In this document: positions 1 through 15,500 of the stretch, piece by piece | Layout of the letters: every line of letters begins with the position of its first letter | Position numbering within the stretch: position 1 is the first letter of the stretch | Assembly: GCF_000485595.1 (NCBI RefSeq) | Contig: NW_014577062.1 | Coordinates: 515,512 to 579,511, forward strand | Direction: 5' to 3' | Length of the DNA stretch: 64,000 bases | Source: Priapulus caudatus | Taxonomy: Eukaryota | Position numbers and translations under genes: made by a program | The notes under the pieces: generated by a model | What the model was told of the DNA's origin: nothing | Database searches by the model: none | The model's input: the letters and a program-made list of their open reading frames with translations, nothing else

Positions 1-87
<87 letters not shown>

Positions 88-1563
88 GTGGCGCGTCGGC
101 GATGTAAAAAGCAACGCAGCCGAGCGTGCTTAAATCAATGCAAAAATAGAATATGATAATTTCTTCTCAGCGCGCACGCCTACTACTATACACTCCGTCG
201 CACACCGCGGTTTATAGCTGATGGATACCGGCGCTGTTCGTTGTTGACAGTGATTCAGTCAGTAATGGCTTCACTGTTTCTTTGTTGGCGACGCGAACAT
301 TCCTTAGCGCGCACAAACTCGCGATTGCTCTCTCTCGTGACTTCTCGTCTCATCACTCGCGAGATATAGCATCGTGCTATTTCGCCGACTTCGTTTAATA
401 CGTCGTGCATTGAGCTGTCATTGTTTCCTAACCGCAAAAGCATCAGCGTGGCCATCGAGGAGACGCTGGGCAGATTCGTATTCGAAAACTGACATGGCGC
501 TCTGCCGATTCCATTACTGAAAGCGAAGCAGACGGCCGCGATGTGTGCATTGCGAAACCTTTGGCCCGCGTCATCGTTGTTCCGCAAGATAGCGGCTACG
601 AAATTCATTTCGTGTCCGATGAATTCCTCTAAGTAGGGAAATTTCCGACCAGCGACGCATTTAGCCGGAGAACCTGATTTCGATATTTTGCTCGCGGAAA
701 TAAAAGCCCGGGCGACGTCGGCGTAAGAATGCCGAAAAACCACATGATGAGGGAGGGAACATTTTCCCGATCTTCATATATTTAAGGAATGCGTCATGAG
801 AGAGAAAGCATTGCTACTCCGCTGGGCACTATATAACAGCTACCGTTACGTATTACTCCGGAAGGGACAAGTAGGAATGCTAGTTTCTATAGTGTGATGA
901 GTGAACAAATCAGTGCTAAGTGAACTTTAGAGATTTTTTCGTCAAGATTCATACTCGTATTTTTCTATAATTATTCTAGCTATGTATATATTGTTTCAGG
1001 GATACTGATAGTGATCATGGTTTTTAAAAGTCAAAAATAAGATAATAGAATGCCGCGTAAACAAGTTTATATCGTTGAATCCTTGTGAGGTTAGGCTGGT
1101 GAAGCGTAAGCAGCAATACTAATAGATATTCCAAGGATTTCAATGGTAGGTACTGGAAAATAACAGGCAGTCCATGTCTGACTGGCTGTAGTAGGAACAC
1201 TGTTCACGTACTATATTATGGCTATCATTTATCATCTCAGATTCAATAATTCTGTGATTCTCGGATTCAATCATTCTCAGATGATCCTCGGATTGATTAT
1301 GAATCGAGACTGATGTGATAACATTAAGCATGCGTATGCTGTTTATACTTACAGCTCACTATTAGCAGTACGGGTATTAAGTACCGGTGGTTGTTATATA
1401 GTGCCCATCTGCTACTTTACATAAACAATGCCCAACGTTAAATCGGTAGGGGTAAATGCTGCCTGAACGCTAAAGTAAAGATATCTCGATGTATCGCAAA
1501 TAACGCACATGCATTCTTCCTAAGCTCACGACACCGCCGAGGTGCGCGATTATATATGTACAC

Positions 1564-1650
<87 letters not shown>

Positions 1651-1855
1651 CACACACACACACTCTGTCGTCGTACTACTTACTTACCGACCGCCGTACG
1701 TACGTACGACGCGTGTCGTCGACGTACGTTAGTTAGTTACGTAACGTAACGGTANNNNNNNNNNGTAAATAATACTACTCGTATAGTCGACTAAGTAACT
1801 ACACACACATCTTACTACGTACTACGACACCGACCGACCGGACGGTACGGCGACG

Positions 1856-1943
<88 letters not shown>

Positions 1944-2885
1944 ACACACACACATTGCTGTGCTAATTTCCTACGCGCCGACTTGACGCGAGTCTGCGCA
2001 TTGTTGATTAGAACGATTCGGAGACGGACGCCACGCAAAAAGGAATCCACTATTATCAAAATAATTACAAAATTGCCTAAATCCAAACAAGTTATTTTCT
2101 GAGCGGACACCGCACGTCAGTAAGACCTCCACGCCAGACGTAATCCCACTAGAGATATCAGAAAGCAGCAGAACGCGTAATGGAATGTGTCACTTCTAAG
2201 CTATCCTGGGTAATTCCGCTGTCATAAGTACAACGATAGCGGTCACGGATATTGCACATTTTTATAGCCAATAGCAGATTATTGTTTCTCCATCGCAACG
2301 CTCGTATATAATGGATTCTACCTGGAATTGTAACTGAATCTTTGTTCTCAGTCAACCTATGTATTCAGTCGGAATATGTGGATCGTGTATGTGTATTATA
2401 TATTAGGTGAACGGGGGTTATATTTGCTTGTATTGTGGCATGCTATATCCTATGCTTAAGCTATATTATCACATCCAATTGAGGAAATCTAACTTCATAA
2501 TGGCAATTCCCTCAACTGCACATCAGAGTTATCGATTGAAATCATTGGCTGCTACATCAGCTACTACATGTGACATCGTGACAGCATTACTCGTCTATAT
2601 GCCTACCTAGCGCAATTTACTGTACAGATTGTACAGTGCACAAATTAGGCACACATGCTAAAATAAATATCATAGCCAAAATAATGGATGAAAACCATAA
2701 AAGACAAACATAGAGAAAAAATTATTTACGCTAATAATATCAATCTGAATCTGTTCACTTATATAAAAAAGAGGCCGTTTCCCTTTACTCTAACCTGTGT
2801 CTATATGCGTACTTATGATGTGACCTCTCACGCATTGTATAAGTAAATATGGTTGATTAGAAATATTACATTGCAATAATAAACG

Positions 2886-2967
<82 letters not shown>

Positions 2968-5200
2968 AAGAGATGCACACCAGTAGGACAGTGTCGTATT
3001 AGATTAGATACTCTAGATCCTTTTTCGCTTATAGTCCATATAGATACTATATACCCTATATTCTACTAGAGACAGTGTTACCGACATGACTCTACTATAA
3101 GAATCTCGACTATCTAAGTTTGCTATCATGGCATCGGCGTTAATAGATCAGTGACACAAACTCAGTACATCTAGATCAGTATTAGTAAATCGCTACATCA
3201 TAATGATAAGTTCCGCTAGATCAATATAATCAAATACATGCCACTAAATGAGAACCCCGAGAAACGCGCAGGTAAAGTTTAATTTAGCCTGATGTGTTGA
3301 CACATATCTCCTGTCAGAAGCAATAACGTGCAGACATGATTGTAATCTACTCTGATGTGCCTGTCAACTAAGGCGTCCCAGCTCGTGCTCTAGCTCGTCA
3401 AGTCACTCATGCGATGTATCTCTCAAATTAAGGATTAACGAGTCGCATTTTGTACTAAAATAAATGAGTACACATGTTACTGAACAACCATTTCGTGAAA
3501 AATGTATTATCTTTCTTTAAAAATGAAATTGATTGAATTAATAATGGAATTGATTGAATTCATAATGGAATTGCCCGATAAGTAGCTATTTTTTCACGAT
3601 AGTTGCGTTACGGTTTCAGCGCGTTAAAGCACTGGAATTTATACAAACGTGTGTCTTTATTTGCAACTTTTGGTCACAATTATAGGCAAGGTGTTTCTTC
3701 TATCACTAATAACAGTACCAACGTACGGTACGATTTTTATTCCGCCCAATTCTGGCTCTGAAAGCTTTTCTAACGGCCACCGTTCTATAATGTCTTTGAT
3801 ATCAATAACGGATTGCGTCCTAAAATGGCTCATGTTTCTATTCTCGGGAACACTGTAAAAACATTCTTACAGTCGACTAGCAGGTACATCTTGTATTTTA
3901 ACTGTTCCGGCACATCTGACCCCCATTCGGAAAAATTACGTCGAACTTTAGTTAGATATGGTATGATGCATAGGATAGAGTAAGCTAGAAAGACAGTTAG
4001 ATCGCACTGCGTGTGAACGCACGCGATTTCATCGAGCATCGTGCGTACACTGGCAACAGATTCCAATTCAGTGGCGCATTGCGGCGATGCTCACTTTCCA
4101 TGACGCCCCGGATGACGTCACCGGGGTTTGTTTTCCGGTAACTAAGCAACGCCGCGTCGGCGCACGACAATAACCCATGTTATGCTTCTGCTCGTCTGCC
4201 AGCGATCACCGCAGCACCGTCACGGCGGGGGACGCGCCTTCATGCAAATGGACACGTTGCGATAGTCGGATACCGCGGAGACGTTGCCAGCGGTCAAGCT
4301 GCTTGCTTGTCGTAGATGGATAATGCTTGATTCGTTCGTGTGCCTAATTGTTTCAGAGTTAGCGGTCATAAAGTCATGAATTATGCACGTGCGCGTAAAT
4401 CATCTTGGGTTGGACTGGTGAAGGGAGGGGGGAGGACGTTGAAAGGAATTCGTTCTGATCTAAGATCTAATATCTGTCTACTAGCAATATCATTATTAGG
4501 CGTCGATAGGCGTTCGGTAGGCGCATGGGTATTATGCTCTCCACAATTACTACAAGATGATACCATGAAACCATGTATATTTAATTCAACAGACATATAT
4601 ACATTCATGGAATCACGTGGTAACCTCGGGCTAACCTAGCAGAAGCGTATTCAGAGTATGGCCCGATATTAAAGTTTCACAAGGGCGTAGCTACAAATTA
4701 TATATAATATAACAACACAATGCTATGCGCGTGAATATCGCTATCGGCAATTGCAAAACTGCCTAGGGGGCCAGAGGAAGATAGTCTCATTCGTTTTTTT
4801 TTATTACCAGCTTATATTTACACGTTTCGTTTGGGAAAAATACAAATGCGAAGTCGAATAAATTTAGACAAATTAAATTGGCCGCATGTGCTCTTTGTAT
4901 TTGTGGCGTTCCCATGCGTTTCGCTTTGGGATTGCCTTTGCAATTACTTTTCCCGTGCCCTGGTCATGACCTTGTCTTTACCATTGTTGGTATTGATTTT
5001 GCCATTTCATTTTATTTTATCTACACATTAACATTGACTTTTACCTTGATATTGATTTTGTAACCGACTATGTCCTTGGGGCTATTTTTACGGTACGGTG
5101 TAAAAACACGGTGTATCTAATTGTACCGCAGCAGTGTCACACATGCACGCGCACACACGCACACACACAGACACATACACACAGGCACACACACGCACAC

Positions 5201-5254
<54 letters not shown>

Positions 5255-5265
5255 ACACACACGCG

Positions 5266-5334
<69 letters not shown>

Positions 5335-5361
5335 NNNNNNNNNNTACACACACACACGACG

Positions 5362-5425
<64 letters not shown>

Positions 5426-6109
5426 TTACACCACCGTTGCCCATTTTAATTATGCCGTAGCTCGAGCGCATGCGCACACTCGGCGAACGGCCGGAAATGC
5501 AATCGCGGAGTTTCATTTTGACGTAACGAGTGAAACACGCAGTCAGTCATTTTGTTTGCACGTTCAGTGCGCGCAGTACACAGTCTTTGCTGATCTGTGC
5601 AAATAGATGGCAGAAAAGTCCATTTAATATCAAATATAAATCAAAATAATCAATATCAATCAAAATAAACACATCTGCTGATCGTTTTCGGACTCGGCTA
5701 ACAGCGAGCCAACCGATCATCTGCTGTAGGTATTAGCCGAACGTTGGCACATGAGCCCGCTAGGAGGACTGGAGGAGAGGAAAATAATATATGAACTTCT
5801 CAGTGGATGACTGACCGTGTAAAACCTCTATGCCAAAGCAAATTAAAAATTTGACGCAGCCCTATCTTCCCATTCATGCGCGTTTGAATATGCATGCCTC
5901 GCTCATTTAACACACAAACAAGGATGCGCGTGCAGAAGTTATTCGTGAAAGCCTTCTAGAACCGCCTAAACCTCCCAAGCGCGATCTGCATTGTTGTATA
6001 AGCTCTACTAGCTTTATTGTCGGGTTCGAAACATGGTGTAACTATTTTGCTACATCTTGCATTCTATCTTTTCTGCATGTTGTTTAGTATCTTCTTGCTT
6101 TGCTTGCAG

Positions 6110-6145
6110 CTGTTCGAAGAAACCTCAGGACGAAGTTGATGCAGG
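6110..6145 (+). CDS. cac: Candidate 36-nt Cav2 I-II linker micro-exon, (A)VRRNLRTKLMQ(G)
   Basis: Pyrimidine tract ending in ttgcag, donor gtgagt, symmetric phase 1-1 compatible with the exon at 14495-14590. Homology alone is weak. Confidence 0.5.
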
Positions 6146-7302
6146 GTGAGTAGCAAGTCAACGTTAGCTTCGCTCTACGTGTAGTTAACTAGTCCCGCCC
6201 AAACTCCACGACAGATTTCCGTTACAATTTGTAACGCTTTTTTACTACAAGTTTTACAGCAGTCACGTTATTCGTATCCTATGTAATAACATTTGGACTA
6301 ATAAAAGTTGCAAAGATATTAAAAATCGGACCGTTATTTCATGAAAAATTTGATAAAATAATGATACGAAATAGTACGCGGATTGTGCGCCCAGTTACCT
6401 CTTTCAAATCATACGCTGTTTACAAATCTCCATTCGCTGGATTTCCCCGGAGCTCCGCCCACTTTAAAAAATAGTGCTAGCATTGTGGCAGCGGTATCCT
6501 GAGTGTACGAAGGGGCACTGCATGCAGTTTGAGTCCCGCCATGGATTTGGCATGGGTGATCGTGGCCTAGTAGTGGACTAGTGGTCCTATTAAACGCATG
6601 CATGCTACTGTCACCATACGTGACCCTGAGACTCGCTATTCAACTTTCTTATTAAACGGCGGCCTGCTACTGAAATAGTGAAAGTACTCGGTGGGCACAG
6701 TTTAACTGAAAATTTTCACACAAGAGGAGACGCGCCAGGCACGACTAGACTAAAGAATTTCCTAAGCGGGTTACGGCGTCGCAGCAAAACTGCTGCTCGT
6801 GGCTGATAAAGAAGCTGTGCAAAACGAACGGCCCGCATGTTGCTCCGTCATTACGGCTGCAGAAAATGCATTTAGCAGATTCGCATATTCTTGGTCTGCC
6901 TTGGTCGCTATTAAAATCGCTGCGGGCTACCGGGCAGGCATGCATGAAAAGTATGCAAGTCACGAATACAGCACGCCTAGCTACATAGACGTTTGGCCTA
7001 TGTGCGCCCTGCCGTGTTATGATGTGATGTTCTGCATTTATCTCTAGCTTATTGCGGATTTAGGGTGCCAGATCCAGCTATGGTATTCTCCGAACCCCAG
7101 CTGCTTTGCGTGTAATTTTAGTAATTGATGTTCTTCGGAATTGCTGTGCTGTTCCTGCTTCTAACTATCGGTGTCTAGCTTTGCGATTTCAAATAGACCT
7201 CCCCCCACATACACACACTTATATATAGTCGTCGATAACACTGTGGATACAAATTCTAAAGTAAACCTAATTCTAAGCTAATCTAAATAATATATTATCG
7301 TA

Positions 7303-7605
7303 ATGTAGATGTAGATGAAGATGTAGATGTAGATGTAGATGTAGATGTAGATGTAGATGTAGATGTAGATGTAGATGTAGACGTAGATGTAGATGTAGAT
7401 GTAGATGTAGATGTAGATGTAGATGTAGATGTAGACGTAGATGTAGATGTAGAAGTAGATGTAGATGTGAATGTAGATGAAGATGAAGATGTAGATGTAG
7501 ATGTAGAAGTAGGTGTAGATGTAGATGTAGATGTAGATGTAGAAGTAGATGTAGATGTAGATATAGATATAGATATAGATGCAGAAGAAGGCATAGATGT
7601 AGATA
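7303..7605. repeat. (GATGTA)n hexamer microsatellite
   Basis: Directly visible. Confidence 0.95.
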
Positions 7606-7943
7606 TGAATATAAATTGATGTATTTCGTACCGAAGCATTGTGTATTTATCTTGCGTTGTCTAACCTTACGCGACACCATATAATATAAATACCTACACC
7701 GATTCATTTAAATATTTTACACTAACAGAACAATTTTTAATAGAACTGGACTTAGAAGACGCGCGCCAAATGTCCACACATTGGCCGACCAAACACTACG
7801 CCAATGTTATACGGGAAGTTTCCAACTGCAATTATAGACACGACATTGTTTATAATCTAAACCGAGAGGTTACGCTAAAAGCACTAGTAACATGAGCACG
7901 TACACTGCAAAAATCATATTTCTTGTTGCGTGTGTTTAAGGAC

Positions 7944-8121
7944 ATTTGTCTGAATGTGTAAGCCATACCTCTATTTGTCTGAATGTGTAAGCCATACCTC
8001 TATTTGTCTGAATGTGTAAGCCATACCTCTATTTGTCTGAATGTGTAAGCCATACCTCTATTTGTCTGAATGTGTAAGCCATACCTCTATTTGTCTGAAT
8101 GTGTAAGCCATACCTCTATTT
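7944..8121. repeat. 29-bp minisatellite, 6 identical copies (ATTTGTCTGAATGTGTAAGCCATACCTCT)
   Basis: Period 29 with no spacers. Confidence 0.95.
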
Positions 8122-8644
8122 TTCCTAGCGCTCTCGTTAATAATCACGTTTGTCATGTGCATCATCGATGAATACGCGATAATCCGCGTATTATTCAAAA
8201 GCGCGAGGACTGCAAAACACGGAGGGCATTATCATAGCCGCTGCAAACGTCTTTGCTCTACCGATGATGAGAGAACGTGTGTTCTTGCAACTTTCAATCG
8301 ACATTTTAAAACGTCATTTGCTGTTAAAATGCCGTTTTTGTCGTGGGTGTTTGCCACAGTGCGGGTGAATTCATTAAACTGTCAACGGCTGTGGTCAGGG
8401 CTTAAATGAGGAAACCTCGTGTTTCGTGCGCTAATCTCATATCTGAAATCAGCGAGAGGGAGAAATAACTAAAAAGCGACAACGAAAGAAACTTTAAAGC
8501 GAGAGAAAGGTAGAAATATGACACGTGGGAAAGAGAGGAGCGAGGAGCGAGAAGCGAAAATATGAGGGATAAGGATAAAGGGGGGTGAAAGAGATTAACG
8601 GTAGAATAGCAGCAAAAAAGGAAGTAGATAGTGATTGCAAGAGA

Positions 8645-8725
<81 letters not shown>

Positions 8726-8841
8726 ATTAATAAAAAAAATTCACATTGAGAGAATTCAGCTGCCTTGGCGGAGGTCTGTGCTCTCCAGTTGCTCTAGTTA
8801 CTTCATGCATTCACCGACTTTATGCACCGTTTGTGTTGCAG

Positions 8842-8954
8842 AATGGGCGGAATGGGTGTTTCTGGGCCTGTTTCTGTTCGAGATGATGCTGAAAATGTAT
8901 GGCCTCGGACCTCGCATCTACTTCCAATCGTCTTTCAACATGTTTGACTGTTTG
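8842..8954 (+). CDS. cac: Cav2 exon IIS2-IIS3 ([37 protein letters not shown])
   Basis: cag / gtgagt boundaries; Cav2 domain II sequence. Confidence 0.93.
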
Positions 8955-9523
8955 GTGAGTCTAACCGGGCGATCCCCGTTCCTTTATTCACTGACGCGCG
9001 CGCGACGCGGACTAATGTATGATTATTATTTTACATTAGTTATGGCCATGGTGGTTGTAATTATTTTTGCATAAACAATTATTATATATATATATATATA
9101 TTCGTTTGATAGATCCTTCAGGGTTCATACTCATTATCTCTCTCACAACAACGGATTACTTACATTCAAACGACATCTACAATTTTTATGGCCGCTGCTA
9201 TGAACTATGTATAGATGCGGTAGAATGCAGTATCTGATCTTTTATACGCTACACATCTTTTATGGCCTGCGCACGATATTTGCAACCAAGAGCTAAAGAA
9301 AAACATGACATGCTCTAAATCTTGAGTTTTAATGGAGAATCACTGTGCCGAAGCTAACCTATTCATCTTGCCTTTCACCACAGGTCATAACAGGTAGTAT
9401 ATTCGAGGTTATATGGACGTCGTGTATTAACAATAAAGATTCGTTCGGGATCAGCGTTCTGCGAGCCCTCCGCCTGCTCAGGATATTTAAAGTCACAAAG
9501 TACGTATCGGAGCGAGTTTCGCA

Positions 9524-9557
<34 letters not shown>

Positions 9558-12500
9558 NNNNNNNNNNNNNNNNNNNNNNNNNAGATGACGATGAAGAGAA
9601 GAGCAGGAAGAGTAGAGAGACGATGGAGCGCATCGAGCTGAGCCAGCGAGATCACCAGTTCCCTCAGAGATGCCCAATACCTACAGCACACGCACACGCT
9701 CACGCACGCGCACACACGCACGCACGCACCGCACGTTAGTCTCGCGCAGTGTTCGCTTACGTATGCGACCGTATAACGATTTGTATGTAGGTTTGTGTAT
9801 ATAATATATATATAAAGATATCATACTTTTCACATCGGCTGTTATTTTTTTACAAAAAAGCGGCGTAAATTTGTGCTTTTATCCATGTAAATAATCTCAT
9901 AAGGCCTCAGTGGCGCCACCACACAGGAAATTTTACAGCGGAGTGCAAATATATATATATATATATATATACATATCAGGAGCGTATAATGACAAATATA
10001 GGAGGTATGTATGTCATTGATACCTCGCCTGCTATCTGTTATACCAGCAGAGGCTTTCGGACGAGCGTAGATGGCGATTTACGTGTAAACGAACGCATGC
10101 ATGGAAAACCCGACCCATTATATTGACAATTCAATTCTCGACATTTTGCGGATGGTCCTGATATGTATATATATATATATATATATATTTGCACTCCGCT
10201 GTAAATTTCCTGTGTGGTGGCGCCACTGAGGCTTATGAGATTATTTACAGGATAAAAGCACAAATTTACGCCGCTTTGTGTAAAAAAATAACAGGCGATG
10301 TGAAAAGTATGAGATCTTTATATATATATTTTATATACACAAACCTACATACAAATCGTTATACGGTCGCATACGTAGCGAACACTGCGGCGAGACTAAA
10401 CTGCGTGCGTGCGTGCGTGTGTGCGCGTGCGTGCGTGTGCGTGTGCTGTAGGTATTGGGCATCTCTGAGGAACCTGGTGATCTCGCTGCTCAGCTCGATG
10501 CGCTCCATCGTCTCTCTACTCTTCCTGCTCTTCCTCTTCATCGTCATCTTCGCTTTGCTGGGAATGCAGTTCTTTGGCGGCCGGTATGTTGCGTGAATAT
10601 GTATATCTATAGTTTATATTTGTATACATGTATACACGTTCGATTTAGATATATCGCTCGCGAAGTCGAAGAATGTTAGGAAATCAGTGTAAATGCAGGG
10701 TGTGTATGGTTTAGCAACTTGGTTAATATACTGCCGCTTTTGTGTGTACGTTTGTGCGTGTATCTGCCCGTGCTTGTGTGTATACACGCGCGTGCATTAG
10801 TGATATTAACAATTCATGACTTCTATTTTGCAGATTTAACTTTCCGCATGGTCGGCCGGCAAGCAACTTTGATACTTTCCCAGTAGCATTGCTCACAGTG
10901 TTCCAGGCACGTTACGCAGAGAATTTAATTACTTATTTGCTTTCGAGCTTAGAGCTATATTGACTATATAAAGCACATATAAATTTTATAGCGATTTGGA
11001 CAGGTTTATAGTTGTCTGTGCGATTACAATCTCATGACTATTATTTAACGACTACTAAGTTACAATAATATACTGATATAATCATTGCTAAGTCGTGTTG
11101 CAGAAGCGACGCTATCATAGAAAAACTGCGTAAAAAATTATTTTCGTATACACCGAGCAAGCCGTGTATATCAATTAATTTTTGATAAGTTATTGGTTTC
11201 GCTCCTATCGGGGTATCTAAATGTGATGTTATAGTATCCGGAGTGAATAATAATAGATCTATTATTAAATCTATAGATTATAATTAGATTAATTGTATAA
11301 GATTAGATCTATTATAGATCTATTGATAATAATATATTATTATTCACTCACACAAAAAAACGATGTTATAACCGACTGGTTTTCTTCTCATTAATTTCGT
11401 AAAGATTCTGACTGGAGAGGATTGGAACACGGTGATGTACTATGGAATCCGAGCCACGGGTGGCGTGGAGAACAAGGGCATGTTGGCGTCACTTTACTTC
11501 ATTGTACTCGTACTATTTGGTAGGCATCAGGCTCATTCCCGCATACTGCGCAAGCAACTGAGATAACAAATTTTGTATGCAACAAATTGTCAAATAACTG
11601 TTATTTGCCAAAAACGCTTGCGTTTACATGTTTTGGCTGGTATGGCAAGCAATGTATACATGGTATTCATTTCTATTCTTCATCTAATAATTTGCGCACA
11701 CTGCAGTGCAAAGGTGACTGCCTAGGCGAACGGAATCAGTGCTACAAGGTTGCATTCGTTCGACAGGTAACTACACGCTCCTGAACGTTTTCCTCGCCAT
11801 CGCCGTTGACAATCTAGCAAATGCTCAAGAGCTGACTGCCGCTGAAGAAGAGCAGGATCTGGAGGAGAAGGAGAAGGAAAAGGTGAGACACGGGGTGAAT
11901 TAGAAAGAGTAGGAGAAATACGAGAAGTTATTGTGGGACGAGAATGACGAGGCGTTGAGCCGTCGCAAAATTCAAAATTTTTTTTAGGAAAAAGATAATA
12001 TAATCATATAGTGGATAGAAAAGCGAGCGTAGAGAATAGTGCAAGTAGGGGAATGAACTGAAGAACTCGGGGGAAATTTGAGAGAGAGATGGTTAGATAA
12101 ATCTGATGGAGATGATTAAGAAAAAGAATGGCGTGAGGAAAATGTAGCGGAAAACGGTGTGAGATGGGGTGAACGAGAAGGAAGATATTAGGAGAGGAAA
12201 ACCGTGAAGTACGCTGTGGCAGAGAAACGGGCAGAGTAGGAAGAGAATATTGTGAATGAAAAACGATATAGAAAGCAGCAGAGCAAAGCGAACAAGGGTG
12301 TAACATGCCATCTTCTGAAAATTTGCGTATAACATAATATCCTGAGCAAATAGAGTAAAGGCTAGATACAGTGTCCGCAAACCAGAAACGGTTAAACAAT
12401 TAAAGTGCCCTCGAGCTTACAATTAGTTGATTAAACACGGTAATTAAGATTTCATGAGACAGACAAGCCGAAACGACAAAACGGCTATAAAGTACTATTA

Positions 12501-15500
12501 GAACAAATATTAGTAATGAAATTAACTCATTAAAATTAACTGAGATAAAATATCAAAAACTAACCATGTGAGCATCAGTCGTGTGATGTAGGATTACCTT
12601 CCAACAACGGAACCGCGAACGGTCATGAACTCCCATTACATGTACACGTATATGGCAGGCGAGGTGGGACACAAAAACTAATGGTATTATTTTTTCTCAG
12701 CCAATCATAGGCATGGAATTATTGACAAACACTAAATGATTTACTGATAGACACTAAATACCATTTGTGTCCCACCTCGCCTGCCATACACGTACGCACT
12801 TACGTATACTTGTACACACACAAACGCACGCACACGCATGTACACGTACGCACTTACATATACATGTACACACACAAACACACGCACGCGCTCGCGAATA
12901 CAGCTGGTTGATCAAGATCAGCGAATACTAAACGCAAATTTTCGAAAAATCAAACTTATATTGTCGAGGAATTAGTACTAAGCGTTCTATTTTAATTATC
13001 TCGACACGTCATCTTTTCTGTTTGATCAGAGAAGTTCTTGCCGTTGAGAATGTTGACACTTGCAGATTGCGCAGATGGCAGAAGAGGCGGCGGCTGCTGA
13101 TTTCAACCTTGGCAACATAGACCCTCCACAGGTGCAGATTTGTCCGCCGTCACCGCAGAAGGAGAACGCTAAGAATCCAAACGGAGGAAATGCCTTTAAT
13201 TTGTACGTAATCGTGATTGCCAATGTTCAATCGCGTGCATGTAACATTTTCGGAAGAGAAAATGTTCTGTTAATTACAATTCCTTGAGTTGCCACATGTG
13301 ATATGTGATGTTAGCAAGTTGATACATTGTGGTAATCTGATTCTCTGGAATCTACGATCCATACATTACATGGATTTTACCCCCTTGATATCTTGAGCCT
13401 TTGGCTTATCAAGCACAATTAGGAAAAAAGGTCTTGTTAACCGAGTACGACTAAACCTGCACTGAAATACACAGCATTGGTGTTACAACAGGTAACGTAG
13501 GCATTGTTTGACATGACCTATCTTTAACTGTCCCGTATATCTGTGTTCTATTTGCTATAGGTATAGATAGAACACTGTATGTTTTGTTTCTAGTAATAAC
13601 AAGAAGGATAACAACAATAAGGATACTGCCATCGCATTAGAGAATAAAAAGCCACCAGGTGGCGACAGCGCTGACGAGTCTGATGCAGGTTTGTTAAGTT
13701 CATTACACAAAACTTCTCCGTTGTCCGATTATTGTTATTTTATTATTATTACTTTAAATTTATGCGGAATACCGTTCCGTCTGTGCCATGATATCCTAGC
13801 GTCATACAGTATACGTTTGCCATACTGATAAGTATTTATGCGAGTTTCTATTTTCTCGTTAGTCTCGATCAGTATTTCCGTAGACATGTGTTATTTGATA
13901 CGTATATTCTATACGTCCGACTGGGCTGATTTCAAACATCATGATCAGTCACAGTCATGCGAATCGATGCGGTCGTATCACGTACAGGTTCTAGATCCAT
14001 TCGTGAAATGAATTAATCACTTGTAGTGTGGTGATGATTACACACCTGCTTTCGACGGTGCATTCTCAATAAGCGTGTGACTGGTTGGTTATTCGCGACA
14101 CACATACTCACGCAAGCACACACGCACACACCACAGACACGCACGCGCATGTGCGTGTGCGTGTGCGTGTGCGTGTGCGTATGCGTGTGCATGTGCGTGT
14201 GCGTGTGCGCGTGTGTGTGCGCGTGATTCCGAGCACGCGTGTGTGTTGACATTATTTTGCCTGTTGTTATAAGCTGTTGTTCATGTCGTCGTTGAATGTC
14301 TTGTACTCCCTCGTTAACCGTCATTCATCGACGCTGGGATTCGTGTTGCTGCTGTTCGTCACCCGCCCGCGTCTTTTTTCAGACATTTTTAATGTGACAG
14401 ACGACGTGATATTCGTGCATGCCTTCGTCGTGTCTATACACCTCACTGTTCACACCTCGACGTTCCAGCGTTGTTTTCTGTACGTGTTCCGCAGCTCAGC
14501 GCAGGATGGCCTCGCAGAAGATCAAGAACATCAAGCCGCAGAGCAGCGGCGATACTGACGAGGAGGATGCCTTCACGAATCTCCAAATTGGTGAGGCGAG
14601 AACCCCAAATTTGCCCTTGGTTTAATTTGGGTCTAATAGACGGAATATTATTCACCTGGATTTGAACTCCGACGCTAAGGGTCCTGCTCCGTCTAGGGCC
14701 CAAGATATCTTTACACTTTTGGTCCTCGCTGGATGCAGTTTAGGCATTGTTAAAAGAAATATTTCGAATTACAATGAAATAGAAATAGGATTATAATTAA
14801 GTTAGATTAAGTAAGATTAAATTATTAAGAGGATAGACGACTCTAACCCTCCCCCCCACCCCCTTATCGCAGAAAACACTGCTTCACTATGCGATTTACG
14901 TGGGGTTGGGATGTTTTCTATATTGCGCATGGAGCCAAACCCCATCAACATGTGCTAATGACCATTCCCTGCGCACGCACATGCAGTAATCGCTTACTGC
15001 GGCCGCGAATAATGTGCACCAGCCTCCCTGCCGCATCGCCTGTTGGCATGGCAACCGAGCTTTTCGTGTGAGCGTTTATTGCCCATTACGACAGTATCAT
15101 TATAGTTTTGAGATGCGCGCCGGGAATTCGATGTTTTTACAGCTTGTACGTAAATTGACGCAATGCCACAGATGTAGAGCCATGGCAAGTACCATCTGAT
15201 TACAAAATGATTTAAACGAGAAGAAGAATCTATAAAATTATTACGATAGCCATACGAGCCGTTATTGCAAGGAGCGACTGTTGCTTCTGGTATAGCAGGA
15301 GGTGGCCTATTGAGGCGTAGCAATGCTAATGATATTGTATGAGTTTGTCACTTTCTTCCGTTTACTTAGTTATTCGCTCCACTACATACTATTGATAGCT
15401 TGTGTAAAGCCTGTTACATTGCAATGAGGTCTATCGGTGTCTTCCCGGAATGGAAAGAAAAGATAGTGTCTACTTACTTATAGTCGTCACTACCTTGCTA

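Noticed and set aside
255..743. 162-aa minus-strand ORF
   Set aside because: No recognisable motif or splice context; may be a repeat remnant but cannot be supported.
7944..8121. 29-bp repeat of CRISPR-like length
   Set aside because: Head-to-tail copies with no unique spacers, no cas genes, eukaryotic intron.
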